From: Pirellulaceae bacterium
GTDB lineage: Bacteria > Planctomycetota > Planctomycetia > Pirellulales > Pirellulaceae
NCBI GenBank assembly: GCA_963704055.1
Contig: CAVPGW010000031.1
Span: forward strand, 48,298 to 112,297
Direction: 5' to 3'
DNA: 64,000 nt
Shown here: in pieces, positions 30,201-40,758 of the stretch
How positions within the stretch are numbered: position 1 is the stretch's first letter
Layout: each line of letters opens with the position of its first letter
The notes under the pieces: generated by a model
What the model saw: the letters and a program-made list of their open reading frames with translations, nothing else
Database searches by the model: none
What the model was told of the DNA's origin: nothing
Translations under genes and position numbers: made by a program

Positions 30201-30503
30201 CCTGCATTCCCTAAATTCACAAGTTTACTTCTGCCAGCAAGCTAACCTGCTGCACCACCGATGCATCATAAACATAGAGCCTGCCAATGATAAGAACAGA
30301 CAGTGCGGCAGCGTGTCACATCGCATGAACCCCTCCCTTTGTCCTCCGGCGAGGCCTCGTCGCTCGCCAGACCAGGGCCATGCCATGGCGACGCCGGAGA
30401 CCAGTCCCCACGTAGTCGGACAACAGTGGGCGTCTTGGCGGCACGGTCGGTGATCTCGCGTGCGATGATGCACGCTGTGTCCTGAAATCGATGGCCGTGT
30501 GCT

Positions 30504-30593
30504 GCCGATTTCGCCTTGAGAGCCGATTTCGCCTTGAGAGCCGATTTCGCCTTGAGAGCCGATTTCGCCTTGAGAGCCGATTTCGCCTTGAGA
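30504..30593. repeat. Perfect 18-bp tandem repeat, 5 copies (GCCGATTTCGCCTTGAGA)
   Basis: Five exact head-to-tail units with no spacers. Confidence 0.95.
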
Positions 30594-30662
30594 ACGGAGC
30601 AACGGAGGTACTATTCGCCTTCTGGGGCGTATTTCCAACGTTTTTGGGCCGATTCCTCAGCG

Positions 30663-30783
30663 CAATACCGTTCGCATTTTGGCATCAATCCGGCGGGATC
30701 GTTTAACGGCAAGCCGCAGGCGACTGTGAATGGCGGACGCAGTCGCCTGCGGCTTGCCATTCAACGAAAAATCAGCGGTATTG
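30663..30783. mobile_element. Family A MITE copy
   Basis: CAATACCGTTC ... core palindrome ... CAGCGGTATTG; 121 bp, like 6278-6398; no clear TSD. Confidence 0.72.
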
Positions 30784-30797
30784 CGTTTAGCCCAATG

Positions 30798-30851
30798 CGT
30801 AGGCCAGGTCCTGGCCTGGGAATGCCGCCAATCGAAGACGGACCAGGTACT
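30798..30851. repeat. Family E REP-like remnant
   Basis: CGTAGGCCAGGTCCTGGCCTGGGAATGCCGCCAATCGAAGACGGACCAGGTACT resembles 34233-34281. Confidence 0.55.
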
Positions 30852-30875
30852 AGTCGCAGGCGACTGCGTCCGACG

Positions 30876-32354
30876 TTAGGAAGAAGGTGGGTCGGCGTCG
30901 CTGTCGTTTGTTACCCACGCTACAGTTCGCCGCTCCAGATGCATTTGCACCAGCAATCGGTGGAACCAGAACGGCTCGAACCGAAATCTGGGGGAGCTCG
31001 GTGATCGAGGGTCCACGGTGACAAGTCCCGATCGGTTCAGGACTGGTCGGACGGGCACCGCGATCGGCTTCCCCTTTTCCTGGATCACGACTTGGTCTTC
31101 GCGGGTTACATCAAAGTAGCCCAGCTGGTCAATTCTGTCTGCGGCGGCGTACTTGACTGCGATCGCTTCGAGAAACTGCAGGTATAAGTCGAAATTCTCC
31201 GGCTTCAGCCGACTCGGACGGTCGTCGCTCCGCGTATCGCGTTCCAGCCAAGTCGCCAAGAAATCATTCATGAAGCGACGCTCTTCGAATACCTCACCGC
31301 GCTCGACGCAATCCACCAAGAGGTCTCGAACCATTTCGTTTGCCGCGAGATTCGGCAGCACGCTAGCAACGACCGGGTGCTCCATCGACCACCGCTGCAA
31401 ACGCTCGCGTGCGGAGGGTGTCATATGAGCGTTTTGGTCGAAAACCACATCGGCGAATTCGCCCTCGGCCAAGAATCCCGCCTCGCACCAACGCTGGTAA
31501 TCCGCAAACAACATCGGATGTGATCCATCGAAATGCTCTCGGCGGAGCGAGTGCTTCCAGCAGTCATAGTTCCAGTTGGAAACGGTCAAGTCCCCGGTGG
31601 TGCGAAACTCAGGCTTGTTCAGCAGAAAGTAACGCAGGCCCGGCCGTAAGCTACCGCCAGTGCGGTCCTGCCAGTAATCCTGAAACGCCAGCGGCCGGCC
31701 AAAGACGACAAGATGGATGAAGTCATGATTCGAGTACAACGCGAGTTGCTCCAATTGATCCAACACGAAGACATAGTCGTCGGGATGGATTTCATCCAGC
31801 GAATCAACGACGACGAAGGCTGTCGCTTTCGACTCAAGCAATTCCCGGAACGTCTTGCGACCCGCGGGCGTGAGCGACAATAGCCGATTGAAAACTCGAT
31901 CGCCGTGTTGCAGATCCGGTTTTAGCTCGGCAAGCCCCTGCTCGGAAAACTCTTCGAACAACTCGCGGATGTCGAACTTCCATAGCTGTTCGGCGGGAAC
32001 ATCGTTGTAGACCTGACGTTTGATAAACGTCTTGCCAATGCCGGCCGAGCCGGCGACCAACGTCATCGCGTGAAAGGGCCATCCGTTCCCAGATGCGAAG
32101 ACTTGCCTCGCTTGCTCAAACCGATCACGCAATTCGGCGTTCGCTTCACAGTAATAATCGCTGATCTGCCCATGCCGGGCCGGACCGACGACAAGTCTTG
32201 GCGGTGAAACCGCTGCCTCGATCTGCTGCAGTTTCGCGATCACACCAGCACCCCGCCGCACGCCGGGCGCAGACGTCGCGGACTGGGCGGCCACCGGACC
32301 GAGCATCAGCAAAGTGATCAGTAGAGAGGCGGTCTTTGGAAGCGTAGTGAGCAT
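30876..32354 (-). CDS. Hypothetical P-loop NTPase with a signal-peptide-like N-terminus
   Basis: MLTTLPKTASLLITLLMLGPVAAQS; Walker A GSAGIGKT; Walker B FVVVDSLDE; LVVFGRP. Confidence 0.65.
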   Translation of the reverse strand: MLTTLPKTASLLITLLMLGPVAAQSATSAPGVRRGAGVIAKLQQIEAAVSPPRLVVGPARHGQISDYYCEANAELRDRFEQARQVFASGNGWPFHAMTLVAGSAGIGKTFIKRQVYNDVPAEQLWKFDIRELFEEFSEQGLAELKPDLQHGDRVFNRLLSLTPAGRKTFRELLESKATAFVVVDSLDEIHPDDYVFVLDQLEQLALYSNHDFIHLVVFGRPLAFQDYWQDRTGGSLRPGLRYFLLNKPEFRTTGDLTVSNWNYDCWKHSLRREHFDGSHPMLFADYQRWCEAGFLAEGEFADVVFDQNAHMTPSARERLQRWSMEHPVVASVLPNLAANEMVRDLLVDCVERGEVFEERRFMNDFLATWLERDTRSDDRPSRLKPENFDLYLQFLEAIAVKYAAADRIDQLGYFDVTREDQVVIQEKGKPIAVPVRPVLNRSGLVTVDPRSPSSPRFRFEPFWFHRLLVQMHLERRTVAWVTNDSDADPPSS

Positions 32355-32509
32355 GGAACGGCCTGATCTCCTGACGGCGGAAAACGACTTGTGTTGAGAA
32401 GACATCCTGCAATTCGGCGGCAAGCTAGCGTCCAACTTGCAGGTTGCACAATTGGTGCCCGCGCGAATTCACACAATCTTCACGTTCGCAGGTCATGCAG
32501 GTTCGCGGG

Positions 32510-32649
32510 TAACACCGTTCGTATTTCACCATCAGCCCAGCAAGATTGTTTAACGGCAAGCCGCAGGCGACTGCGTCCGCCCTTCGTAGTCGCCTGCGGC
32601 TTGCCGTTAAACGCTCTCGCTGAAACGACACCGAAATACGAGCGGCTTG
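32510..32649. repeat. Family A element with two long arms
   Basis: The core palindrome is flanked on both sides by the long arm; the right arm approximates the reverse complement of 6281-6314. Confidence 0.75.
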
Positions 32650-32779
32650 CCGTCAAAGGAAAAACGAACGAGTTGGGACGACACGGAAACGCACACGCAA
32701 TCTTCATGGGAAATTAACAGGCTCATCAGCCGACTGTCATTGTGCTATCCTGGAACCTCTTACAGTTGCTCAGGCGTAA

Positions 32780-33778
32780 GTGGTAGCTAAGACGATGGTC
32801 ATTGGAACCAAATGGACGAAGGGTGCGCAACCGGGGAAACCAGTCACCGACATCGCTCGCAAGTCACTTCGCGCGCGACTCGTTGTGGTGTGGGATTGTG
32901 TGCCCCTTGCAGCCTACAAAGCGGGGAAGGACATCGAATACGTCCACCAGTTGCGGGTTTCCTCGCGACGCGCGACAGCGGCCCTGCAAATCTATGCGGA
33001 TCTTCTGCCGCGCAAGAAAACGCAGTCGATCAGCAAGTCGTTGCATCGACTGCGAAAGGCAGCGGGCAAGGCACGAGATTTGGACGTGCTTGCCGTCCGG
33101 TTGGCGAAGGTTGCCGACCAGCAGCAGAAAACGCATCTGGCTGTCGTGTTAGCAGAGATCGCCGCGGAGCGCCGGGCTGCTCAGAAACCTTTGGTGCGAG
33201 GTTACGTGAAAGCCAAGCAACGGGGATTCAAGCGACAGTCACGCGAATTGCTTGACAAACTGAGGTGGCGCAGCAGTGAACCCGAACCAGTGTTTGGCGA
33301 TTTTGCCCGCACGACATTCAGGCCATTGGTCAGCAAGTTCTTCGAGGCCGCGAGTGCGGATTTGTCGGACGTGAAAGCCTTGCATCAGATGCGAATCAGC
33401 GGCAAGCAAGTTCGGTATGCCATGGAACTGCTTGCCGGCGCGTTTAGCGACTCGTTTCGCAAAGAGCTCTATCCCATCTTTGGGGACGTCCAAGAGAAAC
33501 TTGGTACGATCAACGATCACGCAACCGCGATCGCGCTCTATAGCCAATGGTCCGAGCATGCCCATGACAGAGCCAGTCAAGCCGAATTAGGCGAACTGAT
33601 TGTCGATGAAAGAATGCGGCTTGACGCAGAACGGCAACGTTTTCTGGAATGGTGGACCGGTGACCGCGCCGCCGAGCTGGCAAGACGCTTCGATGCCGCG
33701 TTAAGCGATTCGGGCCAGCCTTCCGATCCGACTCCCGAAGACACCAGGAATGGCAGGCCTCATTTATTCGCCGGGTAA
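32780..33778 (+). CDS. CHAD domain protein (polyphosphate-binding family)
   Basis: VHQLRVSSRR, ARDLDVL, LHQMRISGKQVRYAME and QEKLGTINDH. Confidence 0.9.
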   Translation: MVAKTMVIGTKWTKGAQPGKPVTDIARKSLRARLVVVWDCVPLAAYKAGKDIEYVHQLRVSSRRATAALQIYADLLPRKKTQSISKSLHRLRKAAGKARDLDVLAVRLAKVADQQQKTHLAVVLAEIAAERRAAQKPLVRGYVKAKQRGFKRQSRELLDKLRWRSSEPEPVFGDFARTTFRPLVSKFFEAASADLSDVKALHQMRISGKQVRYAMELLAGAFSDSFRKELYPIFGDVQEKLGTINDHATAIALYSQWSEHAHDRASQAELGELIVDERMRLDAERQRFLEWWTGDRAAELARRFDAALSDSGQPSDPTPEDTRNGRPHLFAG

Positions 33779-33843
33779 AGCGAAGTCGAATGCCCGCATC
33801 TTGTTGATTTGATCTGGACGATCGCGGCCTGTCACGAGAGAGG

Positions 33844-34250
33844 CGTAGGCCAGGACCTGGAGACCGTCCGGCTTAGCCGTTCCGTTTTTGTTAGGATTTC
33901 CGACGCCCGTCGTTTGGTATAGGCACCGAGAAGAAAGTACATGACTCGATTGGACAGCCGCGGAGCGGCGGAAGAATGTAGCCTGGGGTAAGGGTCCGAG
34001 CTTTCAGCGAGCAACCGCAGCCCCAGGTTGCGGTTGCTCCACGACATTTTTCCCCCGCGGCGTTTCGGCGGCTACGCCGCCGAAACGCCGCGGGGGAAAG
34101 GTTCTTTCGGGTTCGCTTCCCTGGGGTTACACCAGCCTCGCTGTCGCTCGTTGGTTCACCCCAGGCAACCGTCTTTCACCGCTCCGCGGTTACCCAAATC
34201 TCATCACAATCGGCATCCTAAGCCGGTCAGTCTCCAGGTCCTGGCCTACG
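33844..34250. repeat. Family E GTAG inverted repeat pair enclosing a family D element (33956-34191)
   Basis: CGTAGGCCAGGACCTGGAGACCGTCCGGCTTAG (33844-33876) is inverted with 34218-34250. Confidence 0.75.
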
Positions 34251-34279
34251 AATGCCGCCCATCGAATACGGGCCAGGTA

Positions 34280-37200
34280 CTACGAGGCCGCAACTTCGGA
34301 TCGTCGATGCACGAGCGAGTAGACGCAGGGAACGAGAATCAGTGTCAACGCCGTCGACACGATCATGCCCCCAAGCAAGGCCCTGGCCAGCGGAATCATC
34401 GCTTCGTTGCCTGGTGAAAGTTGAAACGACAAGGGCAGCATGGATGCCACCAGCGTCAGTGACGTCATCAGAATGGGCCGGAGACGAACTTGAGCCGATG
34501 ACAGCGCCGCATCATGGGCGGACAATCCTTCACGTCGCCGACGATTGGCGAACTCGACCAGCAGAATCGAGTTGTTGACGACGACGCCAACCATCATCAA
34601 AGTGCCCATCAGCGACTGGATGTTGATATTCGTGCCGGTCAGAAACAGCATGATCAACACTCCGCCAAGCCCGAGCGGGACGGCCAGCATGATGATCAAC
34701 GGGTCGGTGAACGATTGAAATTGCGCCATCAGCACCAGGTAGACCAACGCAGCGGCCACGAACAGACCGATCCACAACAGGCTCATACCTGATTTCATTG
34801 TTTCGACCGGCCCGCGGATCGTCGCGGCGACGCCGCTTTCAAATTCGATTCCGGCCAAAGCCCGCTCGACATCGCGAGCCACCGATCCGATGTCTCGCCC
34901 GGATACATTGACATGCACGTCGTTGACGCGCGAGATGTTGTAGTGAGCGATCTCGCCAGGGATCGTGACTCGTTTGACGGTTGCGACATTGGAAAGCGGA
35001 ATCGTGATCGGTCCGTCCGGCGTACTCAGCGACAATGGAATGTTGCGAATGTCGTCGAGCGATTCAAACTCGTTATTCTCGTACTGGACGCCCATGAAAA
35101 AGTCGACGCCTGTTTTGGGGTCGATCCAGATCGTGGGCGAGTAGCCGACACTCGAACCGAGTGCTGTCAGAACCGTTTGAGCGACCTCTTCCTGATCCAA
35201 CCCCAAATACTTTGCCCGCGTTCGATCGACCTGAACATCGAATTGGGGGTAGTCGAGTGATTGGGCGATCTGTACGTCGGCCGTACCTGGAATCTGGCTC
35301 ACCACTTTGACCACCTGTTCGGCGTAGTCACGGCATTTCCCGAGCGTGCCAGCGGAAATCTGAACGCTGATCGGCACCGGGACGCCTTCGTTGAGCGCCA
35401 TGTTCACGATCCCACCTGAGACGAATAAGAACTGTTCAAGCGGATAGTCGTTGGCTAACTTCTCGCGCAATGTCTCGATGTAAGTATGGGTGCCTGTCCG
35501 ACGTCCCTGCTGCTTAAGGTTGACGATCAAGTAAGCCGTGTCGGGGCCCGAGTTTGAGCTGAGCACAGTTGAGAAGCCGGCTCCCTTGCCAACCGGCAGG
35601 CCGATGTTGGCGATCAGAGTCTCGATTTCTTCCTCTGGAATGACCTCCTTGATCGTCTCCTCGATGCGGGCGACCAGTTTTTCGGTCTCGTATAAATCGG
35701 TTCCAGGGAGCGTCTTGATCCGCAGTTCAAACGTGCCGGCATCGACTTCGGGAAAGAGTTCGCTGCCGATCAGCGGTAGGAGTGCAAACGAGGCTCCCAC
35801 GGTAATCACGATCACCAGCACACTGACCGCTGGAGCCTTGAGCAGTCGCCCCAGCCATCGTCCGTAAGCGGCCGCCGTTGTGCTGGCCGATGAATCGTCA
35901 TTCTCCAACAGCTGATCTCGAATGAATGTGGCACAGAATGCTGGGACAACCGTCAACGCCAGAAGCAACGACGCTCCGATGGTGAACGTGGCCGCCAACG
36001 AGAGCGGCGCGAACAGATACTTGATCATGCCGGAGAGAAATACGGCAGGCAGGAAGACCGCCAACGTGGTGGCGGTCCCGGCCAGGATCGCTCCCGAGAC
36101 TTCTTGCGTGCCGTCGCGCGCGGCGTCCATGGGCGATTTGCCCATGCGGCCGTGACGGATCACGTTCTCAACCACCACGATCCCCGCATCGACGACGGTG
36201 CCGATGGCAAGCGCAATCCCGCCGAGAGTCATCACGTTGATGGTCTGGCCGGTAAAGGCAAAACCGAGACCTCCAATCAGAATCGCCAGCACGATCGTGG
36301 CCACGATGATCACAGTCGGCAGGAATCGGCGCAGGAACGCGAACACGACAACCGCGACCAGCAGGGCTCCCAAGCCGACCTGCCGATACAGGTTCGACAT
36401 CGCTATGCGGATATAGCTCGACTGATCCGAAACCAGCGTCACCTCGGTGGCTTCGGGAATATCTCCCCGCTCCTTCATCTTCGGGATTTCGGTTGCGATT
36501 CCCTCGTAGATCCGATCCACCACGGCGATCGTGTTCTCACCCGGTTCGCGCAGCAGAGGACAATAGACGCTGCGTTTTCCGTTGACTCGCACAATGTTGT
36601 ATTGCAGCGCCGCGTCATCCACGACTTTGGCAATTTCGCGCATGAAGATCGGCCGGTCGCCGCGCAGGGCGACCGGAATCGCCTCAATATCCGCCGGCGT
36701 GGGAAGCGTGTTGCGAGGATGAATTTGATAGTCCGTCCCGCCCATTCGCGCCGTGCCTGCCGCCAGCACCAAGTTCGATTTCTTCAGTGCATCGACCACG
36801 TCCACCGTACTGAGGTGATGTGCCTGTAGTTTTATCGGATCGACGTAGACCATCATCTGGCGGAACTTGCCGCCAAACGGATGAGGGATTTGAACACCTT
36901 TCAGCCCGCCCATTTTGTTGCGAACCGCGTAGTAACCGATCGAATAGAGTTCTGACTCGCTCAGCCCCTCGCCTGAGATCGCCGCCAGCACGACCGGCAG
37001 ATTGGCCGGTTCACTGCGGAGCGTGAACGGCCACTCGATCCCCGGCGGCAAGTGAAACATGTCACTGGCTTCAAGATTGACGATGTCGTTCATCGCCGAG
37101 CTGGCATCGGCGCCGGGTTGAAAGAAGACCTTGATCACGGCGGCACCCGGCACGGTGCGTGATTCCTGGTGTTCGATCTTTCCAGCCAGCGTCAACGCAC

Positions 37201-37405
37201 GCTCGACTCGCGAGCTGACCGACTTCTCCATGTCCATGGTCGGAAGACCGGGATAGGAAAAGAAACTAACGACCACCGGTTTCTTGAAGTCAGGGAGGAT
37301 ATCAATGGTGATACCGGGAATCACCGCGACGCCAAGCAAGCACAACGCAATCGCGCCCGCCAATACCGCGAACCGGTTGTTCAAAGAAAAATTGATGAGT
37401 CCCAT
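34280..37405 (-). CDS. RND efflux transporter permease
   Basis: 1041 aa; GTVVDAGIVVVEN, GVVVNNSILLV and RLRPILMT. Confidence 0.95.
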   Translation of the reverse strand: MGLINFSLNNRFAVLAGAIALCLLGVAVIPGITIDILPDFKKPVVVSFFSYPGLPTMDMEKSVSSRVERALTLAGKIEHQESRTVPGAAVIKVFFQPGADASSAMNDIVNLEASDMFHLPPGIEWPFTLRSEPANLPVVLAAISGEGLSESELYSIGYYAVRNKMGGLKGVQIPHPFGGKFRQMMVYVDPIKLQAHHLSTVDVVDALKKSNLVLAAGTARMGGTDYQIHPRNTLPTPADIEAIPVALRGDRPIFMREIAKVVDDAALQYNIVRVNGKRSVYCPLLREPGENTIAVVDRIYEGIATEIPKMKERGDIPEATEVTLVSDQSSYIRIAMSNLYRQVGLGALLVAVVVFAFLRRFLPTVIIVATIVLAILIGGLGFAFTGQTINVMTLGGIALAIGTVVDAGIVVVENVIRHGRMGKSPMDAARDGTQEVSGAILAGTATTLAVFLPAVFLSGMIKYLFAPLSLAATFTIGASLLLALTVVPAFCATFIRDQLLENDDSSASTTAAAYGRWLGRLLKAPAVSVLVIVITVGASFALLPLIGSELFPEVDAGTFELRIKTLPGTDLYETEKLVARIEETIKEVIPEEEIETLIANIGLPVGKGAGFSTVLSSNSGPDTAYLIVNLKQQGRRTGTHTYIETLREKLANDYPLEQFLFVSGGIVNMALNEGVPVPISVQISAGTLGKCRDYAEQVVKVVSQIPGTADVQIAQSLDYPQFDVQVDRTRAKYLGLDQEEVAQTVLTALGSSVGYSPTIWIDPKTGVDFFMGVQYENNEFESLDDIRNIPLSLSTPDGPITIPLSNVATVKRVTIPGEIAHYNISRVNDVHVNVSGRDIGSVARDVERALAGIEFESGVAATIRGPVETMKSGMSLLWIGLFVAAALVYLVLMAQFQSFTDPLIIMLAVPLGLGGVLIMLFLTGTNINIQSLMGTLMMVGVVVNNSILLVEFANRRRREGLSAHDAALSSAQVRLRPILMTSLTLVASMLPLSFQLSPGNEAMIPLARALLGGMIVSTALTLILVPCVYSLVHRRSEVAAS

Positions 37406-37459
37406 ATCGATTCTTTATTGTCTCGTTGTCATCCGGCGTTTGGGTGTGTGGGCCGACCT

Positions 37460-38786
37460 TCAATTGGTCAGAATCGTAACCTGCTGCCCCGCCGTGAATC
37501 GCTTCAGGTGCGCGTCGATGACCTTCTGGCCTGTGGTGACGCCCGCAAGGATTTCGATCGACCGACCGTCATCGAGTCCCGTTGCGACGTTCACGATCGA
37601 TACTGTTTCGTCCTGGCCAATCACATAAACGTACGCTTGTCCTGATTCGTCGAAACGAATGGCCCGAGCCGGCAACATGTTGGCCGCGACCTTGGTTGTC
37701 AAAGTGATCGTTGCCTGCCCAAACATGCCCGGCAGCAGTTTCTGATCCGGGTTGGGAAGTTCGGCTTCGACCAGCATCGTGCGGGTGCTGGGGTCAAGGC
37801 TTCCCGAGACGCGGGTGACGGTCGCTTGCACTGCTTCTTCGCTTGGAAACGAGGGAAAGCTGCAGCGAGACCTTGTCACCACGACTGATCGCCGCGGCAT
37901 CGGCTTCGGGAACGGGGATGTGAACTCGCACCTTGTCAATTTGACTGACGATGAACAGCGATTGGTCACCGCTGCTTTCTTCGCGAACCAAGTCGCCTGG
38001 ATCAACGGTCCGGCTGGTCACGACACCAGCAAAGGGAGCTTTCAAGGTGGCATAGGCGATCATGACGTCGAGTTCATCGAGCTGTTTTCTGGCGATGACG
38101 GTCTCACTTTCGGCGGCGCGAACGTCGGCCTGGGCTGAAACAAGCTGCGCCTTGGAGACGGCGACGTCGGCTTGGGCCGAGATGATCGCCGAGGACACGG
38201 CATCCTTGTTGGCGAGTTCGGAGTCGCGTTTCTTGCGGGCTTCGTCAAGCATTCGGCGTTCGAGTGATTGCCGCTCAACGAGGTCGCGGGTGCGATCGAA
38301 TTCGGCTTCGGCTGCCACCAGGGATGCATCGGCGCGATTCAACTCGAATTTGGCTTGCTCCAGTTTCGCCTCGATCGATCGAATGTTGGCTTCCGCAAGA
38401 TCCACTCCTGCTTCGGCTCGCTGTTGCTCCGCCTCGAATCGACCAACGCGGGCCTCGATGATTTCGCGCTGTTCTTGCATTTCAGGGACATCGATGACGG
38501 CCAACACTGCGCCCGCTTCCACATAGTCACCAATGTCCGCCTTCAGCTCCTTGAGGTACCCCGTGGCTCTGGCTTGAATCTCGGCTTGGTAGTACGGATG
38601 CACGGTAGCTGGCTGGATCGTCGTGCGTAGAACATCTTGCTGGACAACTTCTACCGCTTTCACGGCGATCGCTGTGGCTTGCTCACGGCTTGTCTCACTC
38701 GATTGCGGCGAACAGCCCACGACAATGATGGTGGCTGCGAGGCAGGTTAAACGCGGCACCATGGGCCAACACACATCCAATGTCAT
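37460..38786 (-). CDS. RND periplasmic adaptor lipoprotein; frameshift near 37860
   Basis: Lipobox-like IVVGC; DIGDYVEAG, LKAPFAGVV, LDPSTRTMLVE and LLPGMF. Confidence 0.88.
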
Positions 38787-39039
38787 CTTGAAATTGCTCC
38801 AAATTCGGGCGATTCACTCCGCAAAATCGTTACAGGCCGTAAGCCTTCACTCACGCGGATAACCGGCACAGACCGCGGGACGGTCATGATTGTTTCCACA
38901 GGAATCAGAACTGCCGGCAATCGGCCGACCTCCCGTGAACGGTTTCATCTTAATCGCCGAAACAGAATTGGTAGGATCGCGGCATTCGGATCAACCGAAA
39001 AACTCGCTGATTGGATACCTGGAACCGAAGGAGGGCACG

Positions 39040-40629
39040 ATGCCCCGAATGATCTGTCTCGTTTCTGTGCTCAGCTGTGCTGGCTGCGTGGGAACGGCAA
39101 AAATCGATTTCGATACTGCTGAAGGTATTCGCCCGGAGGTTGTCGCCGAAGCACCCGCTCCTGAAGAGGACCTTCAGGTGCTGGCCCGCACGGTCAGTTT
39201 TCAGCTAGCCGCGCACACACCGAATCCGCAAACGCCGGTCAATCTGGGCGAGGCATTCGATTCGGGGTTGATGGCGGAGATCCCGCCAGAACTCGAAACG
39301 CTGCCAGCACCGCAGATTGCCCCCGCTGCAAGCGATGTCCTTCAGCTGAACCTGCCGACGGTATTGTCCATGATTGACGGACAGCATCCCGCCGTCGGAT
39401 TGGCTCAGTGGCGCGTGCAGCAGGCGTATGCCCAGCTCGATCAGGCAAAAGCACTCTGGCTGCCGTCGATCCGCACCGGGTTTAGCTTCGATCGACACGA
39501 TGGCAACCTGCAGGCCAGCGATGGCGACATTGTCGACGTCAATCGAAATTCGTTTCAGTATGGGCTTGGTGTTGGAGCGACCGGTGCGGGCACGACGCCG
39601 CTACCTGGGCTCTTGGCCCAGTTTCACATGGCTGACGCGATCTTTCAGCCAAAGATCGCTCGAAACACTGCAGCAGCGCAAAGTCATGCCTCCCGCGCGG
39701 TCACCAACGAACAACTCATGTTCGCCGCCGTCGCCTATCTCGAATTGCTTGATGCTCACCAAGACATACGTATCGTCGAGGATACTCGGGACAGCACGGC
39801 CGACCTGTTCAAGCTGACGAGTGACTTTGCTTCGGCGGGAAAAGGCTTGCAGGCCGACGCTGATCGAATGGAAACTGAATTAGCACTGGTGGAGAACCGT
39901 GTTGTGTCCTCGCGTGAACGAATCGACGTTGCTCAAGCCGCTCTGGCCCAAACGATCAGCGCGGAGGCAGGAATCGCCATCTTGCCGTTGGATCCAACCG
40001 TCGTGCCCATCGAGTTGGTTTCGCTCGAGCTGGACAAGGCATCGCTGATCCGAACCGGACTCTCCCGTCGGCCCGAATTGAAGGAGTCACAGGCTTTGGT
40101 GGCTGCGGCGTGTGAGCAACATCGCCGACAGAAGTTCGCGCCCTTTGTTCCCAGTGTGCTGCTTGGATTCAGCACCGGCGGCTTCGGTGGGGGACTTGGA
40201 AACACGTTAGAAAATGTCGATGGACGATACGACTTTGACGCGTTGGTCTCCTGGGAATTGCGGAACATGGGATGGGGCGAGCGCGCGGCGCGTCGAAATG
40301 CCAACGCTCAAATCCAGCAAGCCAAGTTCGAGAAGGTTCGGGTCATGGACCAGGTGGCTCGTGAAGTCTCCGAAGCACACTCACAAGTACGCAATCGCGC
40401 CGAGCGGATCACGATTACGCAGCGAGCCATCCAACTCGCGGAGAACTCCTACCAGCGAAATCTGAGCCGCATTCGCGACGGCCAGGGTCTGCCGTTGGAA
40501 GCTCTGCAATCCTTGCGGGCATTGGAAGACGCGCGACGTGCGTACTTGAGAGCCGTGGTCGAATACAACCAAGCCCAGTTCCGGTTGCAGTGGTCGCTGG
40601 GCTGGCCGGTCGCTGCGCCGGCGATGTGA
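39040..40629 (+). CDS. TolC-family outer membrane efflux protein
   Basis: GAAGGAGG RBS; lipoprotein-like MPRMICLVSVLSCAGC; helical OEP repeats, RRPEL and EYNQAQFRL. Confidence 0.85.
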   Translation: MPRMICLVSVLSCAGCVGTAKIDFDTAEGIRPEVVAEAPAPEEDLQVLARTVSFQLAAHTPNPQTPVNLGEAFDSGLMAEIPPELETLPAPQIAPAASDVLQLNLPTVLSMIDGQHPAVGLAQWRVQQAYAQLDQAKALWLPSIRTGFSFDRHDGNLQASDGDIVDVNRNSFQYGLGVGATGAGTTPLPGLLAQFHMADAIFQPKIARNTAAAQSHASRAVTNEQLMFAAVAYLELLDAHQDIRIVEDTRDSTADLFKLTSDFASAGKGLQADADRMETELALVENRVVSSRERIDVAQAALAQTISAEAGIAILPLDPTVVPIELVSLELDKASLIRTGLSRRPELKESQALVAAACEQHRRQKFAPFVPSVLLGFSTGGFGGGLGNTLENVDGRYDFDALVSWELRNMGWGERAARRNANAQIQQAKFEKVRVMDQVAREVSEAHSQVRNRAERITITQRAIQLAENSYQRNLSRIRDGQGLPLEALQSLRALEDARRAYLRAVVEYNQAQFRLQWSLGWPVAAPAM

Positions 40630-40676
40630 ACCTGCTGTTGGTGATCGCATCAAAGAGTTGTCGCTGAGTGTGCCAC

Positions 40677-40723
40677 AAAAAAAGGTCGAATGCGACCCGG
40701 ACTAGCGGATTGCATTCGACCTT
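40677..40723 (-). terminator. Rho-independent terminator for the Cys-rich gene
   Basis: Stem AAGGTCGAATGC/GCATTCGACCTT ends in a T-run on the minus strand. Confidence 0.7.
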
Positions 40724-40758
40724 CCAGTCGTGGCTAACTGAGATCGTTGAGCAGGCTG

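Noticed and set aside
30272-30287. Sigma-54 promoter for ccoNO (minus strand TTGGCAGGCTCTATGT)
   Set aside because: The -12 element is GT rather than GC; no canonical FNR box was seen either.
30504-30593. Possible CRISPR array
   Set aside because: The 18-bp units are contiguous with no spacers, and no cas genes are present.
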